64,000 nucleotides of DNA from Acidobacteriota bacterium (GTDB lineage Bacteria; Acidobacteriota; UBA6911; RPQK01; JAJDTT01). Every line of letters begins with the position of its first letter. The stretch's first letter is position 1. The DNA lies in assembly GCA_965217775.1 (NCBI GenBank), contig CBDCJH010000002.1, forward strand, positions 2,784,001 to 2,848,000, written 5' to 3'. The notes under the pieces are model-generated. The model saw nothing but the letters and a program-made list of their open reading frames with translations, ran no database searches and was not told the DNA's origin. Shown here piece by piece: positions 42,741 to 52,491 of this stretch. The translations under genes were made by a program, and so were the position numbers.

Positions 42741-42950
42741 ATTTGTCTCCTCTCCGCAAGGTTATCAAGATCCAACTCGTTGCGTTCCCCGGGTCATTTC
42801 AATTCTCGGTGCCTTTGCATGGAGTATCACCATCGCAGCATATCGCTTCCATAGTCCGTTCAGCATGCACGGCGAACATGCGTTTGTCGCCCAAGGGCGA
42901 ACGGTCCAGTCCAGCATAGAACAGGATGGCGCGCAGATGTTGCCGGTGCC

Positions 42951-43300
42951 ATTGCGGCGCTACGAGCGGGCCTCGACGGTGTTGACCTCAAACAAGAGAT
43001 TCGAAGAATGGGGCTAGATCCTGGAGGACGAAGTGACGGCAGCGGCGCTGCTGGACCGGGTCGTGCACCGGTGCCACATCGTCAACATCCGGGGCAACAG
43101 CTATCGGCTGCGCCGGCACGCCGAACTCTCCAACGCGATCCATCCGACGGCCGCCCGAGCGGTCAGTGCCCAGGAATCGGGCTCGGGAAGGAGGGGGGCA
43201 TGAGGGGACCAGGTCCGGCGGCGGGGGCCCCCGTTGCGGTCGTTATACTCTCTCCACGAGGGCTCCCGCGATGTGTGCAGTATTCAATATCCATCTACAG
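42951..43300 (+). pseudogene. istB: IS21-family IstB 3' remnant and end
   Basis: RRYERASTVLTSNKRFEEWG*ILEDEVTAAALLDRVVHRCHIVNIRGNSYRLR. Confidence 0.75.
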
Positions 43301-43503
43301 ACCAGACAGGTGATCGCCGCCTTTGTCGAACGCTACAATCGTGGCCAGCTTCTGGAGCGCCATGAGTATCAGACCACAGTCCAAGGAGCGCCAAGAACTC
43401 ACCCGAAAGAGGGCATGATTAAGGTACACTATTGTTCAAAAATATCGAGACCGTTTCAGTCATGCGGATCCAATTGCCGCGTGCCAGAGAGGGAATAAGC
43501 ACA

Positions 43504-44331
43504 ATGAAGGTCGGCAAACAATCGATATCTGCGCTGGGTTCAGTGATCACGGGGAATACCAATCTGTCGCCATATCGATCTGGCCCAGATCTAGTAGCCT
43601 TCTTCAACCAGTTCTGTGATGTTCAAGATAAGTACGGCAAGGGCTTTCCTTCTCGGTGGGTGTATGCTGAGGAGAAGCTTCAGGAACTCAACGACTCGCG
43701 GCAGTTCACCGATGCACTATTGGCTGCGGTCGATCCGCGTCACTTCTTGGACACGGATTTGGATTGTGAGGCAGTAGTAGAGCGCCTCAATCGGTTCCTA
43801 GAGTACGACGGTTACGCGATTCGTCGACGGGGTCTGCGTTGGGAGGTCATAGCGGTTGCTGGCGACACTGTGGAGGTCCTCAATCCGTTTGACGGCTCCG
43901 GCGATCTGACTCACGAGTTCATCGCCCAACAACTGGATAAGTCAAAGGAGCGGTTGGAAAGAGGTGATTACGACGGTGCCATCACTAGCGCGCGCTCGCT
44001 GCTTGAAGCGGTGTTGTCTGCGCTCGAACGAAAATACGATCCGAAGCGACCGGACTATGACGGGAACTTGGTGAGACTCTATCGACGAGTGCAACAGCAT
44101 CTGAACCTAACACCCGGTCAGGAGGGCCTTGCCGGCTGTCTACGACAGATTCTTTCGGGATTGGCAAGTGTGGTTCACGGTCTCTCAACGCTCAGAAACA
44201 GAATGAGCGACTCCCACGCTGTTACCTATCGGGCCGAAAAACACCACGCGCGTCTTGCAGTCAACTGCGCGCGAACGATGGCTCAGTTTCTGTTCGACAC
44301 GAGTGAATACCAGCAAGAAAGGGAAAGATAA
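43504..44331 (+). CDS. Abortive-infection family protein (AbiJ-like N-terminus + Abi_C/HEPN-like domain)
   Basis: YRSGPDLVAFFNQF..GFPSRWVY; GDYDGAITSARSLLEAV; LSTLRNRMSDSH (RNxxxxxH); HHARLAVN. Confidence 0.8.
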   Translation: MKVGKQSISALGSVITGNTNLSPYRSGPDLVAFFNQFCDVQDKYGKGFPSRWVYAEEKLQELNDSRQFTDALLAAVDPRHFLDTDLDCEAVVERLNRFLEYDGYAIRRRGLRWEVIAVAGDTVEVLNPFDGSGDLTHEFIAQQLDKSKERLERGDYDGAITSARSLLEAVLSALERKYDPKRPDYDGNLVRLYRRVQQHLNLTPGQEGLAGCLRQILSGLASVVHGLSTLRNRMSDSHAVTYRAEKHHARLAVNCARTMAQFLFDTSEYQQERER

Positions 44332-44391
44332 CAGGTCACTGCCTACCAAGAAGCCGCGCTAGACGTTAGTCTTGCCTGCCTTGATCTCTAA

Positions 44392-44750
44392 CCCGGATCT
44401 TTCGGCAGAATGGGTGATAAAGTCCGCGTTCTCGTCTGGAAGAGCCTTGAATCTATGACTCAAAGAGTAGAAGGAACGCGACCTTATGAACACAGAGTAT
44501 ACAAGAACAAAGCTCAAATTTAAGGGCCTGACCGGACGGGTATCGTGGGTTGATTCGACGGCAGTGAGATCACCTTCGATGCCGGTGTCGTCCTCGTCCA
44601 CGAAGTGGACTATCGGGCTCGGCTTCCGTGCCGACTGAGCCAGTGCTTCACCAACCATCGCGATCCGGATCGAATCGAGCATTCCGTCGAGGGGATGATC
44701 ATGCAGCGGATCCTAGTCTGTGCCTGGGAGACGAGGATCTCAACTGCGAT
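44392..44750 (+). mobile_element. Degenerate IS1380 remnant
   Basis: CTAA|CCCGGATCT end, then a decayed ATGAACACAGAG.. / FDGSEITFDAG.. / RDPDRIEHSVE. Confidence 0.65.
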
Positions 44751-45029
44751 GCGCTAGTTGTAGTTGGCGATCCAGTTTAGGTTGAGGGTGGTCGAGGTCA
44801 TGCGACGGTGATAGGTGGGTATGCTCAGACCGTCCAGTCCGGACCGTTGACGTGCCAATATCAAGAGAGGGGGTTGTCCGCGGCGTTGAAGAGACCAGTC
44901 GCGGCGAGCAGGACCTCTGACCTGATCCTGCATCCCCATTGCGGCAATCTTTTTTCGCCGTTTCGGGCCATTCTGGCGAACCATTGGGCCTAGGGGTCGA
45001 GATTATCCTCTGTTATGGTGTGATGCCCT

Positions 45030-45434
45030 TCAGTGCTCATCACCTCCGGTGAGCACATACTCGTAACGATCCCCCTCGGTAGCCAGAAGCTTCAGGTAGA
45101 TCTCAAGCTCCACCGGGTCCAAGTGATCGGCCGGATGACGTATTTCGGCCACCAGCCGGCCTACTCTGTCGAACATGAAGTTCACCAATTCGGTCTCGGC
45201 ATTGCGGATCCACGCCCGGATAGCTAAGCGCCGTCTTTGCGTGCGGTTGCGATTAGCGGAGGGGGGTGCGAAAACGACGGTCGAGAACACATATTGATTG
45301 TCTTCGCGGACAACGTGGATTCGCTGCCGCCGCCCGCGAGTCGATAGGCCCACCAAGATTTCATCGCCCTCAACCACCCACTCAACTCCCTTCTTCAAGT
45401 CCAGCCGCTTCAGCAATTGACGAAGCTCACGCAT
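45030..45434 (-). CDS. Small hypothetical protein, YbjN/type-III-chaperone-like fold (inferred)
   Basis: 134 aa; GRRQRIHV..YVFSTVV..RN..GRLVAE..GDRYEYVLTGGD. Overlaps the helicase stop by 8 nt. Confidence 0.6.
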   Translation of the reverse strand: MRELRQLLKRLDLKKGVEWVVEGDEILVGLSTRGRRQRIHVVREDNQYVFSTVVFAPPSANRNRTQRRRLAIRAWIRNAETELVNFMFDRVGRLVAEIRHPADHLDPVELEIYLKLLATEGDRYEYVLTGGDEH

Positions 45435-48400
45435 AATCGGAACTCTGTTCCCGCCGGGTCGGTTCTGCGTCGACGCCCAAGAGTTCCTCCTCCAGCCGGT
45501 CAGCCTGTTGCGCCGTGCGGCTAACCAACTCCTTGAACTCTTCGTACTGCGTACTTTCGGGGTCGAAAGGCAAGCTGGCCTCCACGCTGAGCGCGTGTTT
45601 CCGGTGTCGGGTTTCGAATCGGGCGCAAAGGCGCGGGTGGCCGAGTTCGGACTGTAGCCGCTGCAAGAAGTCCACGTTCGCAGGCTGTGTCAAGTCGATC
45701 AAGCCGATCTCGCTGGAACACTGAAGGAAGGTCGCACCATCAATTCCGGCCGAACGCAACTCGACACGGACGAGCTGCCTTCTACTTTCCCCGCGGCCAC
45801 TGCGATCCGAGGAATTCGCAGTTGTGGCGCCATCGCCTCCCTCTCGTGACACCTGCAAGACCCCTTCACGATGCAGTAACCGCTCTCGACCCGATTGTTC
45901 GATACATAAGTCCTGCACCAAGCGGTCCCAGTGGTCCTTCAACAGCGTTGCGAGTGCGCGGACATCAACCCGATGTAAACGGCTTCCGCCGACCGATCCC
46001 TCCAGCCATTCATCCTTAACGGGGAATGCCGACTCCAATCGGCCCTCAACGGGCGGAGGCAACTCGATCGACGCCAGAATCTCCTGGTTCTTATCGATTC
46101 GACGACTATGTGCCCGCCGTTTTGCCGACTCGTGTACGAGTCTCATAAATCTATCGAGCCGCTGCAGAACCCGCCGGACTTGCAGACGCTCCACAGTATC
46201 TTCGAGATGAGGGTAGTGGACTTGAATCTTCTCTTCGGGATCGGGTGCGCTATCCCTGCCATCGAGGCGGCGTTGGAGCAAGCTGCCGATCCGGTCCACC
46301 CTTCCTGTACGCTGCTCCATGGCAGAAGGGGTCCACGTGATGCCGTAGTGGACAACCTTGCGGCAGAACGTATGCAGATCTTCACCCTCCTGCAGCACAT
46401 CGGTACTGACGAGGACCAGAGGGAAACCCGGCATACGAAACTGTTGCACGGTGCGACCCGAAACCCTTCCCGACATGCGACCAACGGGATCCTGGTGTTG
46501 TAGGCCGCGACCGAAGATCTCGGCTACTGTCGACAGTTTGCCGTCCGGCACATTGGGAAAGTTGACCCCGATCAGGGTATCGAACGCCTCTGCCGCGCCC
46601 CTCAATTCGGAGAACGCGTGAAAGCCGGAATGTTCGCGCTGTTTGGCGAGCAGAGCCACGAATCGCTGGGCCAGGCTGCGGCTAGCACGACCGCCAGCCG
46701 GAGCAGGCTTTAGCTCGAATGAGCCGACCTCCTCAATGGCAAGCATATAGAGGTCTATGTACGCCGCGCCAAGCCGTGACATAGCGCTGAGAAGTTCGCG
46801 TCGCTGTTCCCGACGTCGGAAACGCTCGGCGAAGGTCCCTGCTTCTTCATCTGGCCACAGTTCTCTTCGAAGTTCAGGATGACGCACGAGCTCCGTAAAG
46901 AATGTGGTAGTGCCGATCGAGGACTCCGGCTGCGGAAACCCCCTTGGAGGATCAATGCGCTCTCCGTGAAAGTCGGGAAACCGACGTTTTAGCACCTCGC
47001 TTACCTGGCTGGCCCTATCTCCGCCCGCCTGCGCCAGGAGATGGAGGGCAGCCGATTGATACGCCTCGAAGACGTAGTAGCGTGGGTATCCCTCCGCCTG
47101 TTTCGTGCGATGCAGGAAATATGCCCAAGCGAATTTACGCAGGCGCGTTCGTAGTTCTCCTGGCGAAAACCTGAGAAGATCCGCCAAGCGTTTCAACGGT
47201 TCATCCGGCCGACCGAGCAGCCAGGAAACAAGGTCGTCCTCAAAGAGGGTGCTGTACACGGCTGCAGTAGCACTCAGGCGGTTCCTCTGGAAGGCTGCCC
47301 CCGACAGGACACCCTTGGGCCCCGCCCCTCGAAAGAACCAGCAGAAGAAATTCTCGCGGCCACCCGGGTCGTCGTCAGCGCCGTATAGAGGCGTATCACT
47401 CTCCGTTCCCGTTACTATGGGGTTGGCAAGACCGGATGTCGCCTCTGTGACCCCAGTGTCACCCTTTGTCTCGCTTGCAAAGCGCCGGAACAGCTCGTCG
47501 ATCTGGTTTCGAAGCTCTGGAAGCGCTTCTTCCATTCTTCGCCGAATCCAGCTGTCGAACTCCCAATCGAGGCGATGGGCTAACTCGTCCACCGTCGCAA
47601 CGCGCCGGACGAAGACAAGGGCCTTTTCTCCAGTCTTGAATGCGGAAGCCAGCGATCGGACCGCCGCGTCGAGCTTAGGGTGCGGCAGTCCCCTCTGAAA
47701 TCGTTGCCGATACGATTCGACGAGGGCGCTGAGTACCCGCGTGTCGGCACCACGCCGTTCCTCTTCGTTCCGGGTCTGTCGTCCATCGAAAGCGGCTTGG
47801 TCCTCTTCTCCTTCGGTCCGCTCTCGGTCGGTCTCCTCAGCCGCCAACTGCCTTTTCCGGACGCGGCTGACAGTTTCGAGGAAGCTCTCGAAAGAGGAAA
47901 GCATGCCGATCTGGAAATGATTCCCGAATCGCTCGTCGCCCAGCACTTCGGCCACCTTCTTCTGGACCAGACCGACGATGAGCCGTTGGCGCTGATCTTC
48001 GAACCGGATAGGTTTGTCGAACCGCCGGAATCCGCCGTAACGCCATTCCCGACGGTACATATTCTTGGTGTACTTCTCGTCCCCGATCTCCAGATAGGTC
48101 ACCCGCCGGATCAGCAGATTGGACGCAATCTCCCGTTTCGAGCTCTCCTTAAGATCGCCATTGGCCAGGCCGCTCACCAAGAACACCCGCCTCTTCCCAG
48201 CATCGCCCACTTGGACCTTGCCCACACCGAGCACGTCGAGTTGGCGCCAAATATCCCCGTAGTCATCTTCGAACGGAGTGGCCGAGAGGCAAAGGACGTG
48301 CTTGACCCGCGGTCGGTACCATGAGCAGTTGCGGACAACTCCGGAAGGATGTCCCAACGTGAGTCCCAGGATGCGATTGCGATTCGAGACGTGCCTTTCG

Positions 48401-49080
48401 CCCTGCGAGCCGAAGCCCTTCTTGAGGTTGTGGGCCTCGTCGACCACTAAGATGTCGATGTCCGGAACGAGCGCGTTAAGGGCACGCCCGTACTGCTCCC
48501 GGAACTCGTGCTCGGTAGTTGATGACAGGGCCGACCTGGGTAGCCAGGAAAGGTGTTTCCGGAGCTCCGCGCGGTATTTTTTCCGCGCCTCCGGTTGCCT
48601 CAGCGCCAAACTGAAACTCGTCATCCGAAGAAAGAAGTCGCGACCGTCATTGATCGTCAGCTCGCGCGCGAACGAGGCTAACGAGTGACACACCGTTGGT
48701 CGGTTTGCCGGGGTGCCCTGGACCGACTTCACCCGGTTGTCGGTTACGCGCCAATTGTTCCGTACGAAATTGCCCAGTTCCTTCACCCATTTGCGTTGGA
48801 TATTCTCTCGCGGGGCGACGACGAGCATTCGCGCGTCGGGGCGAAAATGGCGTACCAAACCCATTACCCCGAGAGCGACGTAGGTCTTGCCCATGCCGAC
48901 CTCGTCGGCGATGTAGGCGACGCGGTTTTCGGCAAGCATGTTGTGGGCGGCGACAGTTCCTTCCAGCTGCGACTTGGCAAACGCGGGGTCGATGAGGTGG
49001 CGACGGTGTCCGTTCCTGCCGTTAGACGAACCGCTGAAGTCGATGAGTTCGCGCGCGAAATCGACACCTATCCGTTTCAT
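45427..49080 (-). CDS. SF2/SNF2-like helicase with a C-terminal chaperone-like domain
   Basis: 1217 aa; YIADEVGMGKT, LVVDEAHN, LSATP, STDVLQEGEDL and EQRTGRVDR. Confidence 0.88.
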   Translation of the reverse strand: MKRIGVDFARELIDFSGSSNGRNGHRRHLIDPAFAKSQLEGTVAAHNMLAENRVAYIADEVGMGKTYVALGVMGLVRHFRPDARMLVVAPRENIQRKWVKELGNFVRNNWRVTDNRVKSVQGTPANRPTVCHSLASFARELTINDGRDFFLRMTSFSLALRQPEARKKYRAELRKHLSWLPRSALSSTTEHEFREQYGRALNALVPDIDILVVDEAHNLKKGFGSQGERHVSNRNRILGLTLGHPSGVVRNCSWYRPRVKHVLCLSATPFEDDYGDIWRQLDVLGVGKVQVGDAGKRRVFLVSGLANGDLKESSKREIASNLLIRRVTYLEIGDEKYTKNMYRREWRYGGFRRFDKPIRFEDQRQRLIVGLVQKKVAEVLGDERFGNHFQIGMLSSFESFLETVSRVRKRQLAAEETDRERTEGEEDQAAFDGRQTRNEEERRGADTRVLSALVESYRQRFQRGLPHPKLDAAVRSLASAFKTGEKALVFVRRVATVDELAHRLDWEFDSWIRRRMEEALPELRNQIDELFRRFASETKGDTGVTEATSGLANPIVTGTESDTPLYGADDDPGGRENFFCWFFRGAGPKGVLSGAAFQRNRLSATAAVYSTLFEDDLVSWLLGRPDEPLKRLADLLRFSPGELRTRLRKFAWAYFLHRTKQAEGYPRYYVFEAYQSAALHLLAQAGGDRASQVSEVLKRRFPDFHGERIDPPRGFPQPESSIGTTTFFTELVRHPELRRELWPDEEAGTFAERFRRREQRRELLSAMSRLGAAYIDLYMLAIEEVGSFELKPAPAGGRASRSLAQRFVALLAKQREHSGFHAFSELRGAAEAFDTLIGVNFPNVPDGKLSTVAEIFGRGLQHQDPVGRMSGRVSGRTVQQFRMPGFPLVLVSTDVLQEGEDLHTFCRKVVHYGITWTPSAMEQRTGRVDRIGSLLQRRLDGRDSAPDPEEKIQVHYPHLEDTVERLQVRRVLQRLDRFMRLVHESAKRRAHSRRIDKNQEILASIELPPPVEGRLESAFPVKDEWLEGSVGGSRLHRVDVRALATLLKDHWDRLVQDLCIEQSGRERLLHREGVLQVSREGGDGATTANSSDRSGRGESRRQLVRVELRSAGIDGATFLQCSSEIGLIDLTQPANVDFLQRLQSELGHPRLCARFETRHRKHALSVEASLPFDPESTQYEEFKELVSRTAQQADRLEEELLGVDAEPTRREQSSDYA

Positions 49081-51146
49081 GGAGTTCCGTCACCCTTCGC
49101 TTCCAACTTCGCCGCGTCAGTCACAAACATCTCCTCGAACCACGTCAGGAACTCCTCGCGATCCGGATCCGCCAGTTTGAGCTCCGATCGAATGTTCTCG
49201 ACCTCGCTAAGAAGGCATTCCAGCTTGCGGCCATCGTCGCGGTGCGCCGCCCAGTAGTTGGGCCATTCACGCTTTACCCGGACGGCAACCTGCTTAGCGT
49301 TAAGCAAGGTCACGTAGGCAACAACGGCATCCCGGGTTGTTCGCTCCAGTATTTTCCGCAAAAGCACAGGCAAAGAATCGTACTTCTCCCCGAAGAGACG
49401 GGCGGTGACCTCCGTTTCTCTCTGCTCGTCGAGCCTCTTGTTGATCCAGCGGCGGAGCCGTTCGAATGCGTGGAATACGCCTGCGAAACGGTCGAATACG
49501 GTCTCGACCCTCCCCACGGGTGACGTTGCCGGAGAAGGGCGAAGTCCTAGCAGGGCTTCGTCGGTTTCCAGACGATCGGCGAGGAACGCTTGCCTCTGCG
49601 ACTCAGAGAGGAGTGACCAGTACTGGAGAATCTCCTCTGGCGTCAACTGAGTCAGCAGGGACGGCTTGTGGGACATTCCTTCCTCCCGGATGAGGATGCG
49701 CCATTCGCACTTACCGCCAGTCGTCTGCGTCCGCGCAACCACGAAGCTGCTGGATTCCAAAAGCTCCTTCACCGAGTCGGCCGCCTCAGAACCGCAGTTC
49801 TCCCATTCGCCCGGCAGAGGCCGGTGAATGATGCACACATGCCCACCCGCGATCGATTGAAGGTGCACTTCTTCATTGTGGTTGGCGTCTGCCCGATACT
49901 CGAACGTGTGACGTGCCCAATCGTACCTCAGGGAGAGAGCCAGCCCGACCCTCTCGGAATTTCGGTCTTCGCTTGTCAACTGTTCCGCAAATTGTTCGGG
50001 AGGATCGTCTAGTGGCTCAAGCCACCAATCAGCGCGGTCGCTGCCGTCAGTGGTGTTGACCAGAAACGCGGCTTCAAGATTCCCCGCACTTGCCAGACTA
50101 TGCGCCGCCTGTGTCAGGTTCACAGATCCGACTAGCACCACGTCGCCCTCCCCACGACGCCAAAACCGGTAGACCTTGGCGTGAACCCGCCGGGCGGCGG
50201 TCCCCTCCGAGGACGATCGGTTCCCGGAACGTGTGACGGATGCGGGGAGGCGACTCCACTTGGCATTCGAGCCCACCGCTTCGTACTGCTCGGACGTTAC
50301 GGTAGGCGTTCCGTCGGCATCGGTCGGCAAGAATACACGCACCTCGCGGGGTCGCGTTGCTCGAACTAAGTTCTTGAGCGCTCCCGCACCGTGCGCGTCG
50401 AAGAAGGGAGAGACGATTTCGAGATTCCAATTGCGTTGGGAAATCCGGAGGCCTGCAAGCCAATCGGAAAGGGATGCCTGTCCCGTGAATAACCGCGTGT
50501 AGTAGCGTCCTCGCCAGCTTGCGTTTCGAGTGCTCAACCGCGGAGTGTCGTTTTGCACGAAGCGGCGAACCGTTTCAATGGCCCCGCCTTGGTCCTCTGT
50601 GCGGGCAGCGCTGGCTACAGCGCGGAGCGCGTCGAGCAGATCCTGGCGGAAGGTGCATCGTATATTGGTAGCCGACACCGTGTTGATTACCTCAACGTGT
50701 CCCGCCTCTACGCTTTCCCACCACCCAGCCCGCGTGAGGTTCGCCGAGAGCGTCGCCGCTATCAGACTCTGTGTCGGCGCGCTGCCCTCACTCGCTGGGT
50801 TCTCCACCAGCACCAGGACGAGCTTGGTATGGAAGATCCCGGTTCGGCCAACATCTACGCGGCGGAAATCGAGCCTCGCGGAGCGAGCGTTGTCCACGAG
50901 ACCGCTTCGATCGTAGTACACCGCAACATCGGACATCTCGCGTAAGCACTCTTCGAGCTGAACGAGCCGAACTTTTTCGACATGGCTGAATCCGCCCCTG
51001 AATCGACCCTCGAACAGAATTGGCAGAATCTCCAACTCGAAGAACTCGGGGTCGAATGTGTAGGTCGTGAAAACAGCCGCTGTGACCCGCCGTCCGGCAA
51101 TTGCTTTCGATATCTCGTCCGAAAGGACTCGTTTGGGAGCATTCAT
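49077..51146 (-). CDS. Phospholipase D-family (double HxK) putative nuclease
   Basis: 689 aa; FTTYTFD, GIFHTKLVLV..SANLTRAGW, IVSPFFD and RVHAKVY..GSVNLT. Confidence 0.82.
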   Translation of the reverse strand: MNAPKRVLSDEISKAIAGRRVTAAVFTTYTFDPEFFELEILPILFEGRFRGGFSHVEKVRLVQLEECLREMSDVAVYYDRSGLVDNARSARLDFRRVDVGRTGIFHTKLVLVLVENPASEGSAPTQSLIAATLSANLTRAGWWESVEAGHVEVINTVSATNIRCTFRQDLLDALRAVASAARTEDQGGAIETVRRFVQNDTPRLSTRNASWRGRYYTRLFTGQASLSDWLAGLRISQRNWNLEIVSPFFDAHGAGALKNLVRATRPREVRVFLPTDADGTPTVTSEQYEAVGSNAKWSRLPASVTRSGNRSSSEGTAARRVHAKVYRFWRRGEGDVVLVGSVNLTQAAHSLASAGNLEAAFLVNTTDGSDRADWWLEPLDDPPEQFAEQLTSEDRNSERVGLALSLRYDWARHTFEYRADANHNEEVHLQSIAGGHVCIIHRPLPGEWENCGSEAADSVKELLESSSFVVARTQTTGGKCEWRILIREEGMSHKPSLLTQLTPEEILQYWSLLSESQRQAFLADRLETDEALLGLRPSPATSPVGRVETVFDRFAGVFHAFERLRRWINKRLDEQRETEVTARLFGEKYDSLPVLLRKILERTTRDAVVAYVTLLNAKQVAVRVKREWPNYWAAHRDDGRKLECLLSEVENIRSELKLADPDREEFLTWFEEMFVTDAAKLEAKGDGTP

Positions 51147-52450
51147 GAGGCGTGCCGAGGTGCAGCGGTGGCAGTCTGGGCCACCAACGCCTTAAGTGAA
51201 TCGATGAAGTACGAGTTACGCCATAGCGATGACATGCCTTCCGCCGCAGGGAGTTCCCGTTCGATGCCTCGGTACCGGACATCAAGTGCGCCACGGTCAT
51301 CCAGCCGCACCCACGGGGCAGCCCTTCGTCCAGTCATCACTAGCCTATTCCATTCCAGCAGCCCCTCTATCGCCACCTGGTAATTTCCGTGCGAGAGACC
51401 ACCATGCGTCTCCGCCATGCGCGCGGTTACTTCCGTGCCCACCAAGCTGGCTATTTCGTCTCGGATCTCGGCGAACTCGGCGGCGTCGAGATGAGGGATC
51501 CGCTCGCCCCAGCGCTCACGTAACGATTCTGCAATTCTGGCGGGGACCTGGCCATGCCGAGTTTGCAGGAATCCGAAGATTGCATCACAGGGCGCCAGTA
51601 GCGTCTCGAGGGCGAGAATTCGGCCGATCCGTCGCGCCAATTCAGCGTCGATCCTACGAGCGGATCGCATGATTGATACAAGCTCCGCTCGGTTGATGCT
51701 ATTCCGTAGCGAAGTGCGTTTTTCAAGCAGACGCCAGAGGGTTGCCTGTCGGCCCGACTTCATGTGATCGCAGTATTGTGCGTCGCACAGATAGGCTCGG
51801 TAGAACTTCCGTTCTGCTGCGGACAGTTCGCCACCGAGGATGCCGCGGAGCGCGGACACAATTGGGTCGGGTGGCTTTACTGCCAGTGTTCCCCCGCTCA
51901 TAACAAGGGTCTCAAGTCGTTTAAGCACCGGAGACAGACGCGGCATATATTGGCCCTCAATAAAATCACGCGCCTTGCAAGTAACGCCGACCGGCCCTTC
52001 GCGCAGAAGCTTCGAGACTCTGGCGGATACCGAAAACAGACCCCAAAGGCCGTAGGTCTTCTGGTCCGATAGAATCGTCGCGTCTGGCGTAGTCCCGATC
52101 TTTACCGTGGATCCACCTTCGGAGATGCGCCTTCTAACACGCTCGATTCCGAGAATGCGTCCCTCTGACCCGGCATCATCTCCGAGAGCGAGACAACGCA
52201 CATATCCGCACACCTGCTCAGTTCGGAGAAATACGTCAACGACATCTTCTTCGGAGATCTTGCCCTCTCTGAGCAACCGCTCACCCAAGTAGCGGCCGAG
52301 AAGGAGGACGGTGAACCCACGGAGCGAATCGGTCACCGTGGTGAGATTAGCGACGATGTGCCTTCCGAAAGCTGACCAGATGGGCTGAACGCCGAGTGGG
52401 TCGCGGGAACCCTTAACGCGGGCACGAGGATCTTCGAGGGTCAGGAACAC
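51143..52450 (-). CDS. Hypothetical protein, first gene of the PLD-helicase operon
   Basis: 435 aa, GTG start; GSRDPLGVQPIW..NLTTVT..RG and YGLWGLF..S; ATGA overlap with the PLD gene. Confidence 0.75.
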   Translation of the reverse strand: MFLTLEDPRARVKGSRDPLGVQPIWSAFGRHIVANLTTVTDSLRGFTVLLLGRYLGERLLREGKISEEDVVDVFLRTEQVCGYVRCLALGDDAGSEGRILGIERVRRRISEGGSTVKIGTTPDATILSDQKTYGLWGLFSVSARVSKLLREGPVGVTCKARDFIEGQYMPRLSPVLKRLETLVMSGGTLAVKPPDPIVSALRGILGGELSAAERKFYRAYLCDAQYCDHMKSGRQATLWRLLEKRTSLRNSINRAELVSIMRSARRIDAELARRIGRILALETLLAPCDAIFGFLQTRHGQVPARIAESLRERWGERIPHLDAAEFAEIRDEIASLVGTEVTARMAETHGGLSHGNYQVAIEGLLEWNRLVMTGRRAAPWVRLDDRGALDVRYRGIERELPAAEGMSSLWRNSYFIDSLKALVAQTATAAPRHAS

Positions 52451-52491
52451 GGTAGAAAACGTTAGGCTACCGGTGCGAGCATCACCACCGG

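Noticed and set aside
42760-42950. brxR (WYL) regulator upstream of brxA
   Set aside because: No WYL-like ORF in any minus frame examined; the region runs into an IstB remnant.
44754-44990. Short ORFs next to the IS1380 remnant
   Set aside because: Degenerate sequence with stops and no identifiable family.
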